DNA of 24,555 nucleotides from Perkinsus olseni (Eukaryota): NCBI GenBank assembly GCA_013115125.1, contig JABANN010000062.1, positions 62,001 to 86,555 of the forward strand, read 5' to 3'. Shown piece by piece: positions 9,827 to 20,800 of this stretch (position 1 is its first letter; each line of letters starts with the position of its first letter). The notes under the pieces were generated by a model. It saw only the letters and a program-made list of their open reading frames with translations, ran no database searches and was not told where the DNA came from. The position numbers and the translations under genes were made by a program.

Positions 9827-11323
9827 ATGGGGCAGTTCATATCCTTGCTATTGGGTAGCCCCCTTGCCGAAGGCGTCGCTCATTTCGGTGACTACGAAGA
9901 GGACGATGATGATGACACAGACTGGGACGAAAAATTATCCGACGACTTTGATGACACGCACTCGGAAGATTTCCTACAACCCGACCCTGAGAAGATGCTG
10001 AGCAATTTCAGCAGCACTGCGGAACCGTTGAGCACTCGAACCTCGGTAGTCGTCATTGGGGGAGGCGTCATGGGGTGTGCCGTGGCCGCCTGGCTGTCCA
10101 TCCTAGGCAACGAGGTCGGTTGCCTCGCCGTTCGTCAAGACCGAACCCTCATCGTTCAGGTTTCAATACTCGAGCGCCGAGTCAAACCATCAGTTGTGAG
10201 ACAAAGAGTTCGCGAGCACCTGGAAAATGCTCTCATCACTTGTCGTGAGGTCTGGCCGGATATCCTGTTCGCGCCTGGTGGCGATTCACCTGGGGCCACT
10301 GCAGCGAATAAGGAGGGCGATCACGGTCTCTCCACTGACACTCAGATCGAAGCCATTTTCGGCAGCGTCAGCACCTGGCTTGGAAGAGTTCATTGGTACG
10401 CTGGCAATCCTTAATAGCGGTAGCAGCAGCTCTGTTCTCAGCTACAACTCGTCACACTTCCGTGAAGTTGTGCGAAGCTCCCAGGTAGCCATCGAAGCCG
10501 TGCAGGATGATCTGCAGTTGAAACGGGAGGTCTTTCGAGATCTACGGAGATCGAGTAAGGTCCTCATCCCTGTATGTCATCCTAGCAAATCCTTGTATCA
10601 GATCCTAGCATTCTTCTCACCACCAACTCCCTCATCCACTCGGCCGTTGATATCTCTCAGGCAGCAGGCCTGCTGGACGGCGACATCATCGGGGTGCGAT
10701 GGCTCTGGCCAGTATGCTGGATACCAATAGTTGAGCTCATAAGTATCATTCCCACGACCCTGAGCTCCCTTCATCGTCTGTCCATCCCTCAGCCCCGTCT
10801 ATGACCTGCCCTTCATTCAAGGCAGTGATGAGGTTCGTCCAGTCCCAAGGTCATCGTGCTTACGCTGGCTTCTCTGTCGTGCGGTGGCGAGTGCTGGGGC
10901 AGGATCCCTCGGCACTTTTTGAAATATCCAGGTGTTGCGCCCAGCGACTTGCCAGACTGAAGCTCGGTCAGAAAGGTATCTTCCGTCGCCGTCGCCGGTC
11001 GAGTACCGTAACTTTCCCACCTCAGATGAGCCGAACTCCTGTTTCGTGCCCACTGATATTTGCGTAGTGTGTTTGGCCGAGTCACCGCACGTCGCCAACA
11101 TCGGTGCCTGCACTCACGTCTGCCTGTGCGAACGGTGTGCTATGGAGATGTGGAGAAGGTAAACAGCAGCAGCTCTGACGCCCTGCATCGCTCCGCTAGG
11201 ATTCGCGGAGCGCTCGTTATTTGCAGATCCTATATGCGCCCGGATTTTTTTGCTCACAATGCTGGACCATCGTGCCCTCTCTGTAGGAGGCCACTGCAAC
11301 CCGGGAAGTTGATAAATTTTTAA
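9827..11323 (+). CDS. 3-hydroxyacyl-CoA dehydrogenase-like NAD-binding domain fused to a C-terminal C3HC4 RING finger
   Basis: Spliced peptides: MGQFIS, an acidic tract, VVVIGGGVMGCAVA, VAIEAVQDDLQLKREVFRDL, ILLTTNSL and IIGVRWLWPVCWIPIVELI. The RING reads CVVC...CTHVCLCERC...CPLCR. Six canonical short introns. Confidence 0.8.
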
Positions 11324-11706
11324 AGCTCGATCGTAGCTCTCCACTGGTAACGGTGACAGCTCCGTCTTGAACTAGATCATCGCCTGGCTTCTTCCTCGTG
11401 CCGTTACCAGTAACAACAGCCGTGGGAGGAAGCGGTACGTGTCCCTGGCTTGCTGCCTACCATTCGTCCTTCGTTCACTATTGCCTTCGTCATCACCATC
11501 CGTATCATAGTTGCTGCTCATCGTCCCACAGGCTCTTCGGTGTCTGTAAATTCTGTCTACTATTGTGTCCTCACAGCATCGTCATCAATACTGATTTTGT
11601 TCCATCACCATTATCTTTCTGATGTTAATCGACATTTTCCCACCCAACTCGATTCCGTGTTCACATACTGGGAGGAGTCCGGCGAGTATCATCGACGTTG
11701 CTGTCC

Positions 11707-13389
11707 ATGCTAGACATCCGCTCGGCCGTGCTCGGCAGGGCTAACGCTAGTACAGTTCTCGAGGCTAGTGGTGGACATGTGCAGGGTTACTTGCTGTTAA
11801 CGGTCATGCTACAGGAGCTCGACACTCAGCGGGCTACGAGTGTGTCTTCGCAAGTCAAGAGGCTGGCACCACCTCTACCCAGGATACCCGAGAGTATCTT
11901 CGAGAATCTTGAGGTTGAATCGAGTCGTTCTCGGAATATCTCGACATGTGGTTGGAGCTGCTGTGGTGGTATCTTGCTAATTTTGATAAGTTTCTGGACT
12001 CTCGGTTGGAACGAGGCGACGAACTCCCCCAAGGAGAACTCACTGGTCTACGCCTTCCACCACGCCCGTAACGCTTCTTGTGAGTACGTCGACGAAAATA
12101 ACAACGACCGTCTCATGTGGCTCAGTTGCCCGGTTATCGCCTCACCCATTCTAGCAGAAGATGCGCCTCTCGAGATCAGGGCCACACTCAGTGATGCGGG
12201 GCTCGAGCTTCGAGGAACTCAGCTCGAGTGGTGGGTGCAGATGATGCAGTGGACGGAGGTGAAGGTGTGCCGAGGTTCGAGGAAGAGTAAGTGCATCTAC
12301 CGTTACGAGAAGGCCTTCCGTCACTACGATGTCGACCCCAGTACTTTTCACTGCGCCACGAAAATACGGTCCGGCTGTTCTGAAGTGGCGCCAGCTGAGC
12401 AGCCGCAGTCCAAGTTGGCCGAGCTTGGCCGACCAGAAGTTCTGCATGGAGTGGTACGAGCTGCTCCCGACTCTGTTATTATCGGTAACCTTCGGAATGG
12501 CTACCTTCTCAGTCGTGATTTGATATCGCAGATCGACACCAAGGCCGAGGTACAGCTTATCAATGCCGATGGTGCTGCTGCTCTCCTCAGCACTTCCCGA
12601 GATCTCTACACCGACCTCACCCTCAACGAGTCCTCTGCCCGGACGTACGTGGCCACCCCTAGGCTTGGTGACCTCCGTCTACGTGTATCGGCTTCAAGGT
12701 CAGACTTCGTGTCGGTCATCGGCAAGCAGGAGGCCGGTGGTCGGCTAGGGCCCTATGTTATGCCCACTATTCGCAGGAGTGAGCCCATCGAGTGGCTCCT
12801 CAGCGGAGACCATGCAGATCTTCAGTCCTTGCTCCACTATCACAGTCGAGAGGATTGCGCTGCATTCTGGCGGTTCCTCGGTGTTCTCCTCATGTGGCTG
12901 GGTACGGCTCTCCTCCTGTCCCCTCTGGGGGAGGCTGAGCCGTCCTGCATGGCGGTGCTGTGCGTTGCCTGCTTCGCCGGTGCTGTTCTTTCTTCCCTCC
13001 TGGCGACCATCAGCGCAACTCTATTCGCCTCTCTACCCGTCGAGCTCTTCATGGCCGCCATCGGCGTTGCTGCAGCGGTCTTTGCATGGCGATCTTACAG
13101 GTCCTCTCGAGGCAGTTACTACGAGTACTACTATGGCAGTGATGTAAGTGTCGAGATGCCCCTCGTCGCTGGAGGGCCGTACGACGACGACGACGACCAC
13201 GTCCACTGGTTTGAACGGCGCCTTGACAATCGGTGCATCGACTCGAGCGATGATGAGGAAGATGATGTTAGTAAAGGTGAGGGCTCCCGCTTGCTTGACT
13301 CTATCCGCTCTCCTTTTCAGGTGGGCTCTCCTCCAAGGGTCGGCAGTCGCGGCCCCTGCCCCTTTATCTGCGTGAGTGAATGTGAGTGA
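11707..13389 (+). CDS. TMEM43/LUMA (DUF1625) family membrane protein
   Basis: Long ORF with GILLILISFWTLGWNE, VQMMQWTE, PRLGDLRL, VSVIGKQ and WRFLGVLLMWLG, followed by further TM helices. This is the family motif order. The start and a possible in-frame 5' intron are uncertain. Confidence 0.85.
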   Translation: MLDIRSAVLGRANASTVLEASGGHVQGYLLLTVMLQELDTQRATSVSSQVKRLAPPLPRIPESIFENLEVESSRSRNISTCGWSCCGGILLILISFWTLGWNEATNSPKENSLVYAFHHARNASCEYVDENNNDRLMWLSCPVIASPILAEDAPLEIRATLSDAGLELRGTQLEWWVQMMQWTEVKVCRGSRKSKCIYRYEKAFRHYDVDPSTFHCATKIRSGCSEVAPAEQPQSKLAELGRPEVLHGVVRAAPDSVIIGNLRNGYLLSRDLISQIDTKAEVQLINADGAAALLSTSRDLYTDLTLNESSARTYVATPRLGDLRLRVSASRSDFVSVIGKQEAGGRLGPYVMPTIRRSEPIEWLLSGDHADLQSLLHYHSREDCAAFWRFLGVLLMWLGTALLLSPLGEAEPSCMAVLCVACFAGAVLSSLLATISATLFASLPVELFMAAIGVAAAVFAWRSYRSSRGSYYEYYYGSDVSVEMPLVAGGPYDDDDDHVHWFERRLDNRCIDSSDDEEDDVSKGEGSRLLDSIRSPFQVGSPPRVGSRGPCPFICVSECE

Positions 13390-13498
13390 ACCTCTAATTT
13401 GACCAACATGTAGTGTTCTTTTCCGCTACACCATCACCGGTCGCGTTACCCCACCGGCCCCGCAGGAAACCCTCAACTTCAGTTTGTCCTCAATTTCC

Positions 13499-14891
13499 AT
13501 GCTTTTTTCTCGAGCACTTGTTAGTCCTCTGTCGCGAAGACTGTTCGCCTCTGCCGCAGCGTCGATGGCACCGCGTATGGTGGCACTGGATGCAGCGACG
13601 TTAAAGCTGCCCAGTGACTGTTGGACACGCCTCAGCGCTCTCGGTGATCTCAACCTATATGAAGATACTAAAACGCCCGAGGAAGTTATAGAGCGAGCTA
13701 AGGTGAGCCTTGTGCATGCGTGCAGATCTGATACCAAAACTTTCGTAACTCCTGTAGGATGCCGATATAGTACTAACTAACAAGGTCCCTCTTGGTCGCG
13801 ATGTCCTCAGCAGTCTGCCTTCCTTGAAGATGATCAGCGTCCTCGCAACAGGTGAATGGCCAAGTTGCCCTCTTCCATCGATATCTTTCAACCTCAGGTT
13901 ACGACATGATCGACATCCGCTCTCTGCAGCACGGTCAGATCGTATCGAATGTACCCGACTACAGTACCGACTCGACGGCCCAGCAGACGGTAGCGTTGGT
14001 ATTGGAGATATGCAACAGTGTTGGCATGCACAACGCCGCTGTCCATGCTGGCGAGTGGAACAAAGAGGGCCTCTTTTGGTGAGCAGCAGCACATCGACCA
14101 GACTACCTGTCGTAGAGAGCCCAATGTTCAGGTTCCGCAAGCACGAGATGCTCGAGTTGGGCCCTGATATCACCATCGGCATCGTAGGGCTAGGAACGAT
14201 TGGTACAAGGTAAGTGGCATCACTGTTCTCGTCACGCTCACATGACCTGCCTTATTCAGAGTGTACGAGCTTCTACGACCGTTCGGTTGCCAGTTTTTGG
14301 CCTGGTCGCCCGACACTCGGAAGGAGTTGCCGCACCTCTCTTACACCAATGACGTTGGCGAACTCTTCCAGAGATCTAGTAGCCTTCCCAATGGCCTCCG
14401 TTCTCTGCACCGATTCATCACCTGTTAGATTTGGTCACGCTCCACTGTAAACTGACGCCACAGAACTACGGCTTCGTCAACGGCCCTCTCCTCCACCGGA
14501 TGCAGCCGGGCTCGATCCTGGTCAACGCCGCTAGAGGCGCCCTGGTCAACGAGCAGGATCTTGCTGATGCTCTCAAGTAGCCGATTCAACTCCATCGCCA
14601 CATTCACGTGTTAAGACGACTGTTTTCAGCTCTGGTCATCTGGCAGCCGCCGCCGTCGATGTCGTCTCTCACGAGCCCATCTCTGATGAGAACCCTCTGC
14701 TTCGAGCACGGAACTGCATAATAACCCCTCATATGGCATGGTAAAGTGGAGCCCAAGCCCCTGACCGCAAGAAGTAGTGCGATCCCTTCAGGACATCTCC
14801 CGAAGCCCGACGTCGATGCCTCGACATCGCCACTAGTAACGTGGAAGCCTTCCTCAGCGGCAGTCCAGCCAATGTTGTTGCATCTGGCTGA
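13499..14891 (+). CDS. D-isomer-specific 2-hydroxyacid dehydrogenase (glycerate dehydrogenase/hydroxypyruvate reductase-like), probable mitochondrial presequence
   Basis: Spliced peptides [64 protein letters not shown] and ITPHMAW retain the catalytic R/E/H. The N-terminus [18 protein letters not shown] is Arg/Ser/Leu-rich. Confidence 0.92.
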
Positions 14892-15196
14892 CCGTATTCA
14901 CCACCTCCAGCACCAGCAGCAGCAGCAGCTCAGCGTCGTAAAGACATTTATGAATATTCTTATCATTATCATGTGTCTCTCTCTAGCCTCTGATGTTGTT
15001 TCTTCCCTCAATTACTAGTACCATGATTGTAATGACGGTTCGATTAGAGCGAACACGTTCGCGAATCCTTGGGGTGTTAAACGTAGGACGATATCAGTTC
15101 AGCAGCACTTCTATCTCCTGTAGCCATTATTATTAATTCAATATTACTGGATACCACTCCTCGGCGAAATCATCAGTGGCAGCGCTCATCCTGCTG

Positions 15197-17382
15197 ATGA
15201 TCAGCCTTCACAGTAGCCCAGTACGGTGTAATTTTCTCAAAGGCTCTCATCAACCCTTGATACTTGAAGTAGGGCAGTAGCAGCAGCAGCTACCGTGCTG
15301 ACCTTCACGCTCCCTTGCAGACACGGGACGCGGGGGACTCGGAGCCGTCCGACGCCGCTGTACATGCTAGTCAGGGTACCTTCCATGAGACCGAAATGGC
15401 ACGGTTGATGAATATTGATGGCAGTCGACCGATGAAGGTAGGTCCCCGGTTCGATCCCGGCATCCGGCATTCTACTCCTTTGCCCTCTACTATCAGTTCA
15501 CCACCGCTGAGATCCTACGAGTAGGATATAAAGGCCATACCCTATCAGAGCCCTTCGCCGGGTACGCCCCTCCAATCGCCTCGAGCGTCATCATCCGTAT
15601 CCAGCAGGTCACCACCCGCCAACCGTTATGCTGACATGATCGTGCCTGACACGCTCCTGCAAGGCCAGTCGCCGGCCTGGGAGATCTGGCCCCACTCTCC
15701 CGATAAGGCATCGGAAATACTGTAACTGTGGATCCTTCGGGGTCCCTCGGGTAGTCCGGTTTTAAGGTACAAGTTCGATCAGAGTACTAGCCCCTGTGTC
15801 CAGTCGATAGTGAAGGAAGCTATGAAACACATATCAGTGGCGGTGAGTTATGTCGCACAACGCAGGTTCGAATCCCAGGCAGGGCATCTCCACTCTGATA
15901 GGCACCATGCGTCAATTTTACCGACACAAAGCAGCAGGGCAACCCCACCAACGCCCAAGTCCTCCACATTAGGGGCGATGATGATGTTGGCTGCTTCGCC
16001 TCTCTCGGCTACTCGACTGTCCACAAGAATGTCATCAACTTGGGTAAGGCTGCATCGTCTGGGGCCTTCCACGGTAGCCCACCGACCGCCTCCTCCAGGC
16101 CGCGGCTGCCTCAACGTCGGCACAGCATTCCACCTGTTGATGCACGTCCTCGGTGTGGCTCATGAGCATCAGCGACCGGACAGGGAAGAGTACCTGCAAG
16201 TAGGTTCTAGAGGGTTATGGTTATCATGACCATACGGTTGTTGTTCGTGATTGCAGGTGAATGAAGGCAGCATCGATGGTGGAATACAGCTGAAGGAGAA
16301 GGAGATGAAGATGAGCTTCCAGTGAGTCATCGGTCAGTTCACTTGGGAGTCTGATGCTTAACTCTCAGGACCTTACAGGGAACGGGAACAGCATGGGAGG
16401 AGACTGTCCTGAGTAAACGGCCGACTTACATGTCACGCGCCACGAAATTAATATCACTTCCCTTCAGCTGTGCCATACGATGTGGCTAGCATCACTCATG
16501 GGGGCGCCTGCCATTACTCCTTCGGCCGCTTCAGACGAGAGAGTTGTCCCGCGACCCTTGCCCCGCGGAGAGTAGATCATCCCTTGCTGCTCACGCCGTC
16601 ATCACCATACCCATCAGGTCCTGGGGAAGACAGCAGGCGAGGTCATGGGCAATCGAGCCTTCCTCACAGCCCACGACATAGCCTTGCTACGGATCATGTA
16701 CTATCGCCAATGCATCATCCTATGGACAGCCAAGCCCTGTGTGTGCAGGTACGGCTGTGGCGGCGGTCACTATCGTACCGGCGAGGCGCACGTCGCGGCC
16801 GCCTCCAACACAGTCTATGATATATCGGGGAAGGCACTGTCGGAGCCCGTCTCAGTAATGCTCGCCGAGGGGCTGCCCATAGCTTAGCTGCTTGCACAGG
16901 TGCTCAAGAAATGCCTACTAGATGACCAGGCAACCTTCGACTGGGAACCGGAAAGGGAGGCGAAGGTGAAGCCTACGGAACCACCAACGACACCACCAAC
17001 GAAAGCACCGACAGAGGCTCCCACGGAAGCACCGGTGGAGGCACCGACGACGTCAGCAGCACCAGAAACAACGAAGGCACCCGAGAGCGAGGCCCAAGGG
17101 GGGCATCCGTCAGAGCCCCAGGAAGGCGGGTCTCATGCCGTCAAAATTGCCATCTGCGGGTTCGCTTGCGTAGCCCTGGTAAGTCATCACTTCACAAATA
17201 CTGTGTGTAATCGTGTCCTTTGATAGTTCGCATTGGCTGCTTATGCAACACAAGAGCTATGGTCTCCTGAAGAGAGGGAGGCCAAGGCGAGCGTTAAACG
17301 CATCACTCGTCGTGAGGCTGCTGCTGCTGAGCAGCAAAGCGAATCTTTATTAGAGGATGGCGAACCATCACATGAAGAGTGA
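15197..17382 (+). CDS. Astacin (M12A)-fold surface protein with Pro/Thr stalk and C-terminal TM helix; catalytic Glu absent
   Basis: Spliced peptides IWP...LYKFD, EAMKHISVAAPCVNF, INLGRGCLNVGTAFHLLMHVLGVAHEHQRPDREEY and PYDVASITHG, then TEAP repeats and TM VKIAICGFACVALFALAAYA. The start is uncertain: 15197 is the first in-frame ATG, but the hydrophobic signal-like stretch begins upstream of it. Confidence 0.85.
15438..15496 (+). pseudogene. tRNA 3'-half relic filling a 59-nt astacin intron (sense)
   Basis: GT-AGGTC-CCCGG-TTCGATC-CCGGC-ATCCGGC-A, resembling a tRNA-Phe-type 3' half. T-stem 4/5 pairs. Confidence 0.75.
15843..15901 (+). pseudogene. tRNA 3'-end relic in a 59-nt astacin intron (sense)
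   Basis: GCAGG-TTCGAAT-CCCAG-GCAGGGC-A: perfect B-box with C72/A73 in register. Confidence 0.55.
16972..17085 (+). repeat. 12-bp-unit coding repeat (PTEA/TEAP mucin-like stalk)
   Basis: PTEPPTTPPTKAPTEAPTEAPVEAPTTSAAPETTKAPE. Confidence 0.8.
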
Positions 17383-17823
17383 ACAATGACATGTTATTGC
17401 CTTTTGGGTGCTTTGATTATTATTATCATCTTGTGTTCTCAAGTGCCCTTGGCGTGGGTGATGTATGAAATACTAACTGTAACTAAGCGGTTAGAGTATA
17501 GAAGAAGTATTGTCGGCTGTGCTGGCCGACGATGAGATGATGTCATCATAACACAGCGGCACAAACTCCGTCATGTTACTTCGAACTAAACCGACATGAT
17601 GTGAAGAAGCCCTTTAGTAGTACCGTGCATGTTACAACAATACGACGACGACAATAACAAGTATCGTCGTCGATGATAATAGAACGGTTGAACGAGACGA
17701 CGGGTTCTCGCCTTTACTGTATGATGATGGTCACCTGAGATGTCACCAATGCTCCGATGTGCTATGAGTCTATCAACACCTCAACTGATGTTGCTGCTGC
17801 AGTTGGTTGTTGTTGTTGGGAGC

Positions 17824-20800
17824 TCATGGCATGCAGATGTTGGACTCCTCATCGAGGACGCTCCCATCGACCTCGGCGTCCGGTGAGCAATCCACAAACA
17901 CATTCTCTGACACCACAGGCCATCACCCCACCACATGGCCCGGCAACTCACCAGCTTTGATGTTCTGTTTCATCTTCTGCTTGTAAGTGTATATCTGAAA
18001 GCTGTAGAGTCCACGCCCTCGGTGATGGCTACCAAACCTCTTCGTCCAGTAGCTCATCAAATCTCCAGTTGCCGGTGCTGCCTCGCCTGCCGGTCTTGTC
18101 ATTAATTCGAATGTAGTCTCTGCGTTGAAGCACTGCCATGCACCGGCAATATCCCCACTTACTTGAATGATTGGGTGTTGGGTGGGTCCAGCTGCCCCGA
18201 GGCGACGATGTCTCCGAACACCCTGCCAACACACTTGCCATAAACAGAGGTCAAAGATACCTTACTGGCCGATATCACAACTCGGAATCCTATCACCAAA
18301 GATGCTATCGGGATCCGTGTTGGACTGAGCCAATACCATCGATTTCCATTCCAAAGACCAACCCGGAATATGCTGAGAAGGAAAGATACCGTCCGCACAG
18401 CGAAGATTTGCGGGAGAGACGCACCTTCCGCCTGGCATCCTCTGAATGCTCATCTGTGTCCTCATCGTACTCCGAGATCGGATATCTGAGGAGCAGTGTA
18501 GATCGTTCTACACACAGTCTTGCCTGCCTACTGATCGTCGAACCTCGGCGGGGAGTCCAGACTCCGCAAGCGTTTAACCTGTCAGGCATGGACGACCAGC
18601 GGCGGCGGCGGCGGTGCAGCTGTAACGATGGTCACCTTCCCGCCTGTTATTGTTATTCGATGATGTGCAGTGTTCTTGCTCACTGTGGTCGAGAGGAGGA
18701 CCTTCCGTCCAGATCCAACGTCCTCCGAGGATGCTGCAATGAGGCGAGCTCTCCCGGACCCCATTCGTGAATGGCCCGAGCGAGGGAGGATGCGATAGCG
18801 TTGCGATAGAGGTCCTCCGACCCAATGCAGCATTGATTGGTCCCTTCTCACGCTTATTGCCGCTGCCGTCGCTCTGTCCGCTGCCCGCTGGTGGTATCGG
18901 GGTCGAGAAAACCTTGGAGACCTCGTACTCGCTAGGAAGACTCTCTACCGCACACGATGGTGGAACTTGGTGCTGATGATGATAATGATGACCCACCGAC
19001 AGCTCGTTTCACGTCCAACTCCATTCCGCCGCCCTTCTGTCCAGCAATCGGGGAAACTGACAGAGTACACACAAAGTGCCCATCACCTAGCGCATCACGC
19101 CGAGAGTTGAGCGGTTCCTGTAGGAGTTGCGGAAGGAGTGGTATCCGTTCAAAGCACGACTCATAAACTGCTGACCATTATCATCATTGCTCTCCATCAT
19201 CTCCGCTATACTCTTCCTCCCCTTAGCCCAGGCCGGAGTCGGTGGATCTACCGCCCCTACTGGACTGGCATCAGGGAAGTAACCTGCAAGGCAGTGTCGA
19301 CTGTCGTCTTCCAAGAGATGCCACTCGCGACACAAAGCGGGACGGCGATTCGAGCTAGGTTCGACCTTCCGTCCCGCAAAAGGGTTCTACCGCCCTTCCG
19401 ATCAGTCTAGGGGAAGAGAGCGTGGAGGCGACAACACGCTGTCGAATGCTGTCGAGACCCCCAAAGCCTGCCTTTGCTCATCTGCCGCTTCACAGAGGCC
19501 GACATAGACGTAGTAGTATTGGTACGGGTAATTTGACGAGGTGCTGCAGAGGACTGCTTCTTCGCCTGCCATGCGCGTGTCAGGTCTCAACGAGGACGAC
19601 CCCATCAAGAAGGCACCCACCTCGAACTTGCTAGCTAGGTCCCTAACGCGAGACCGCTGTGTATCGTTGTTGGGTATCATAGCAGTGGCAGCAGCAGCAG
19701 CAGAACACTGATGACGGCAAGAAGGGGGATAGGGTCCAGGGGGCGGTGGTGGTGAGATGCTATCACAACAACGAGGAGACTCACCGAGGATTGGTCCCCG
19801 AGGTTGAATACAGAATGATTGCCAACAGACCTGAGGGCAACAGAGACCATGACCATGACGACGACATCCTCGATGGGGGTTAACGCGCCCAAATAGCGTG
19901 TCTACTACTCTTAACAACAGAGGCTGTTGATACTACACAAGTACGGGTGATGGTAGCAGTGGCCTTACAGTAGCTTATCGCCTGGAGAGCGTGGCACTGG
20001 TACCGAGGATGCTGCTGCAGCGGCGGCACCCTTGGACAGGTCCTCCTCGCTCTCATCATTCACACTCGAGCAGCAGAGGGAGTCTGCTGGCACCGAAGAG
20101 GAGGAGGAGGAGGAGGAGGCAGCAGGCGGGCCTGAACGGTTCATTTAAGATCGGTGATGCACCGCCTCTGCCACCTTGAGGGTTGAGCAGGGGCGCAGTC
20201 ATGACGGTAGGCTTCATCGGGATGGGGACACCCCGGGTCTCCAACCATGACGGTATTTGACTGAGTATGTCCTCTAGACTGAAACAGGATGATAGGTCCC
20301 GCGAAGGGACACCCCGAGTGGTACTGTCCTAGTGTGTGGTGAGGTGGTTGAGGGCAGCATGGCTCCAAGGTTTTGGACATTGCTTCAAGTAGTAGCAAGT
20401 ACACACAAGTGTGCTAGCGAGTACAACAGCAGCAGCAGCAAGAATGATCGCTAAGGTGAATGATACACCCTCCCATATAGGGCATAACGGCAAAAGAGCC
20501 CCCCCCCCAGTCTGAGAGAGCACGAGTGATTGCCGTCTGTTGAGCCACTAACAAATACGATGCCCACAAACCACTCATCCTATCATCAATCATTCTCCCA
20601 GAGCTGAGTAATCTTTCACGATTTGCATTCGAGTCTGCCCTATCCTCACCATCGGTGCGATACTGATGACCCTCTGGTTACTCAGGAGCAGTGCTACCGA
20701 CTATTCTCTGTCGAAGGGTTCCCAGAACATTCGAATGTCCCCTCCCCAAAGAAGCGTTCTTCTGTTGTTAGTAACAACTTGTTACCCCTGGCCATCAGCG

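Noticed and set aside
14950-15018. MNILIIIMCLSLASDVVSS as the astacin signal peptide
   Set aside because: It ends in TAG, and I found no splice that joins it in frame to the astacin exons. It is more likely the 3' UTR of the dehydrogenase gene.
15037-15047. GGTTCGATTAG, and similar partial B-boxes near 12274 and 19358
   Set aside because: No closing CC, no T-stem and no tRNA register.
7260-15901. Intronic tRNA halves as functional split or trans-spliced tRNA genes
   Set aside because: The stems are mismatched, no matching 5' halves with complementary acceptor strands are in the window, and the orientation is mixed. Decayed relics fit better.
17708-17719. TCGCCTTTACT resembling U5 snRNA loop I
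   Set aside because: One U short, the flanks do not form the closing stem, and there is no Sm site.
17720-17790. ATGATGA...CTGA...CTGA at C/D snoRNA spacing on the + strand
   Set aside because: No terminal stem and no recognisable rRNA guide. ATG/GAT microsatellite-like words are common here, and it lies just past the INCENP stop on the opposite strand.
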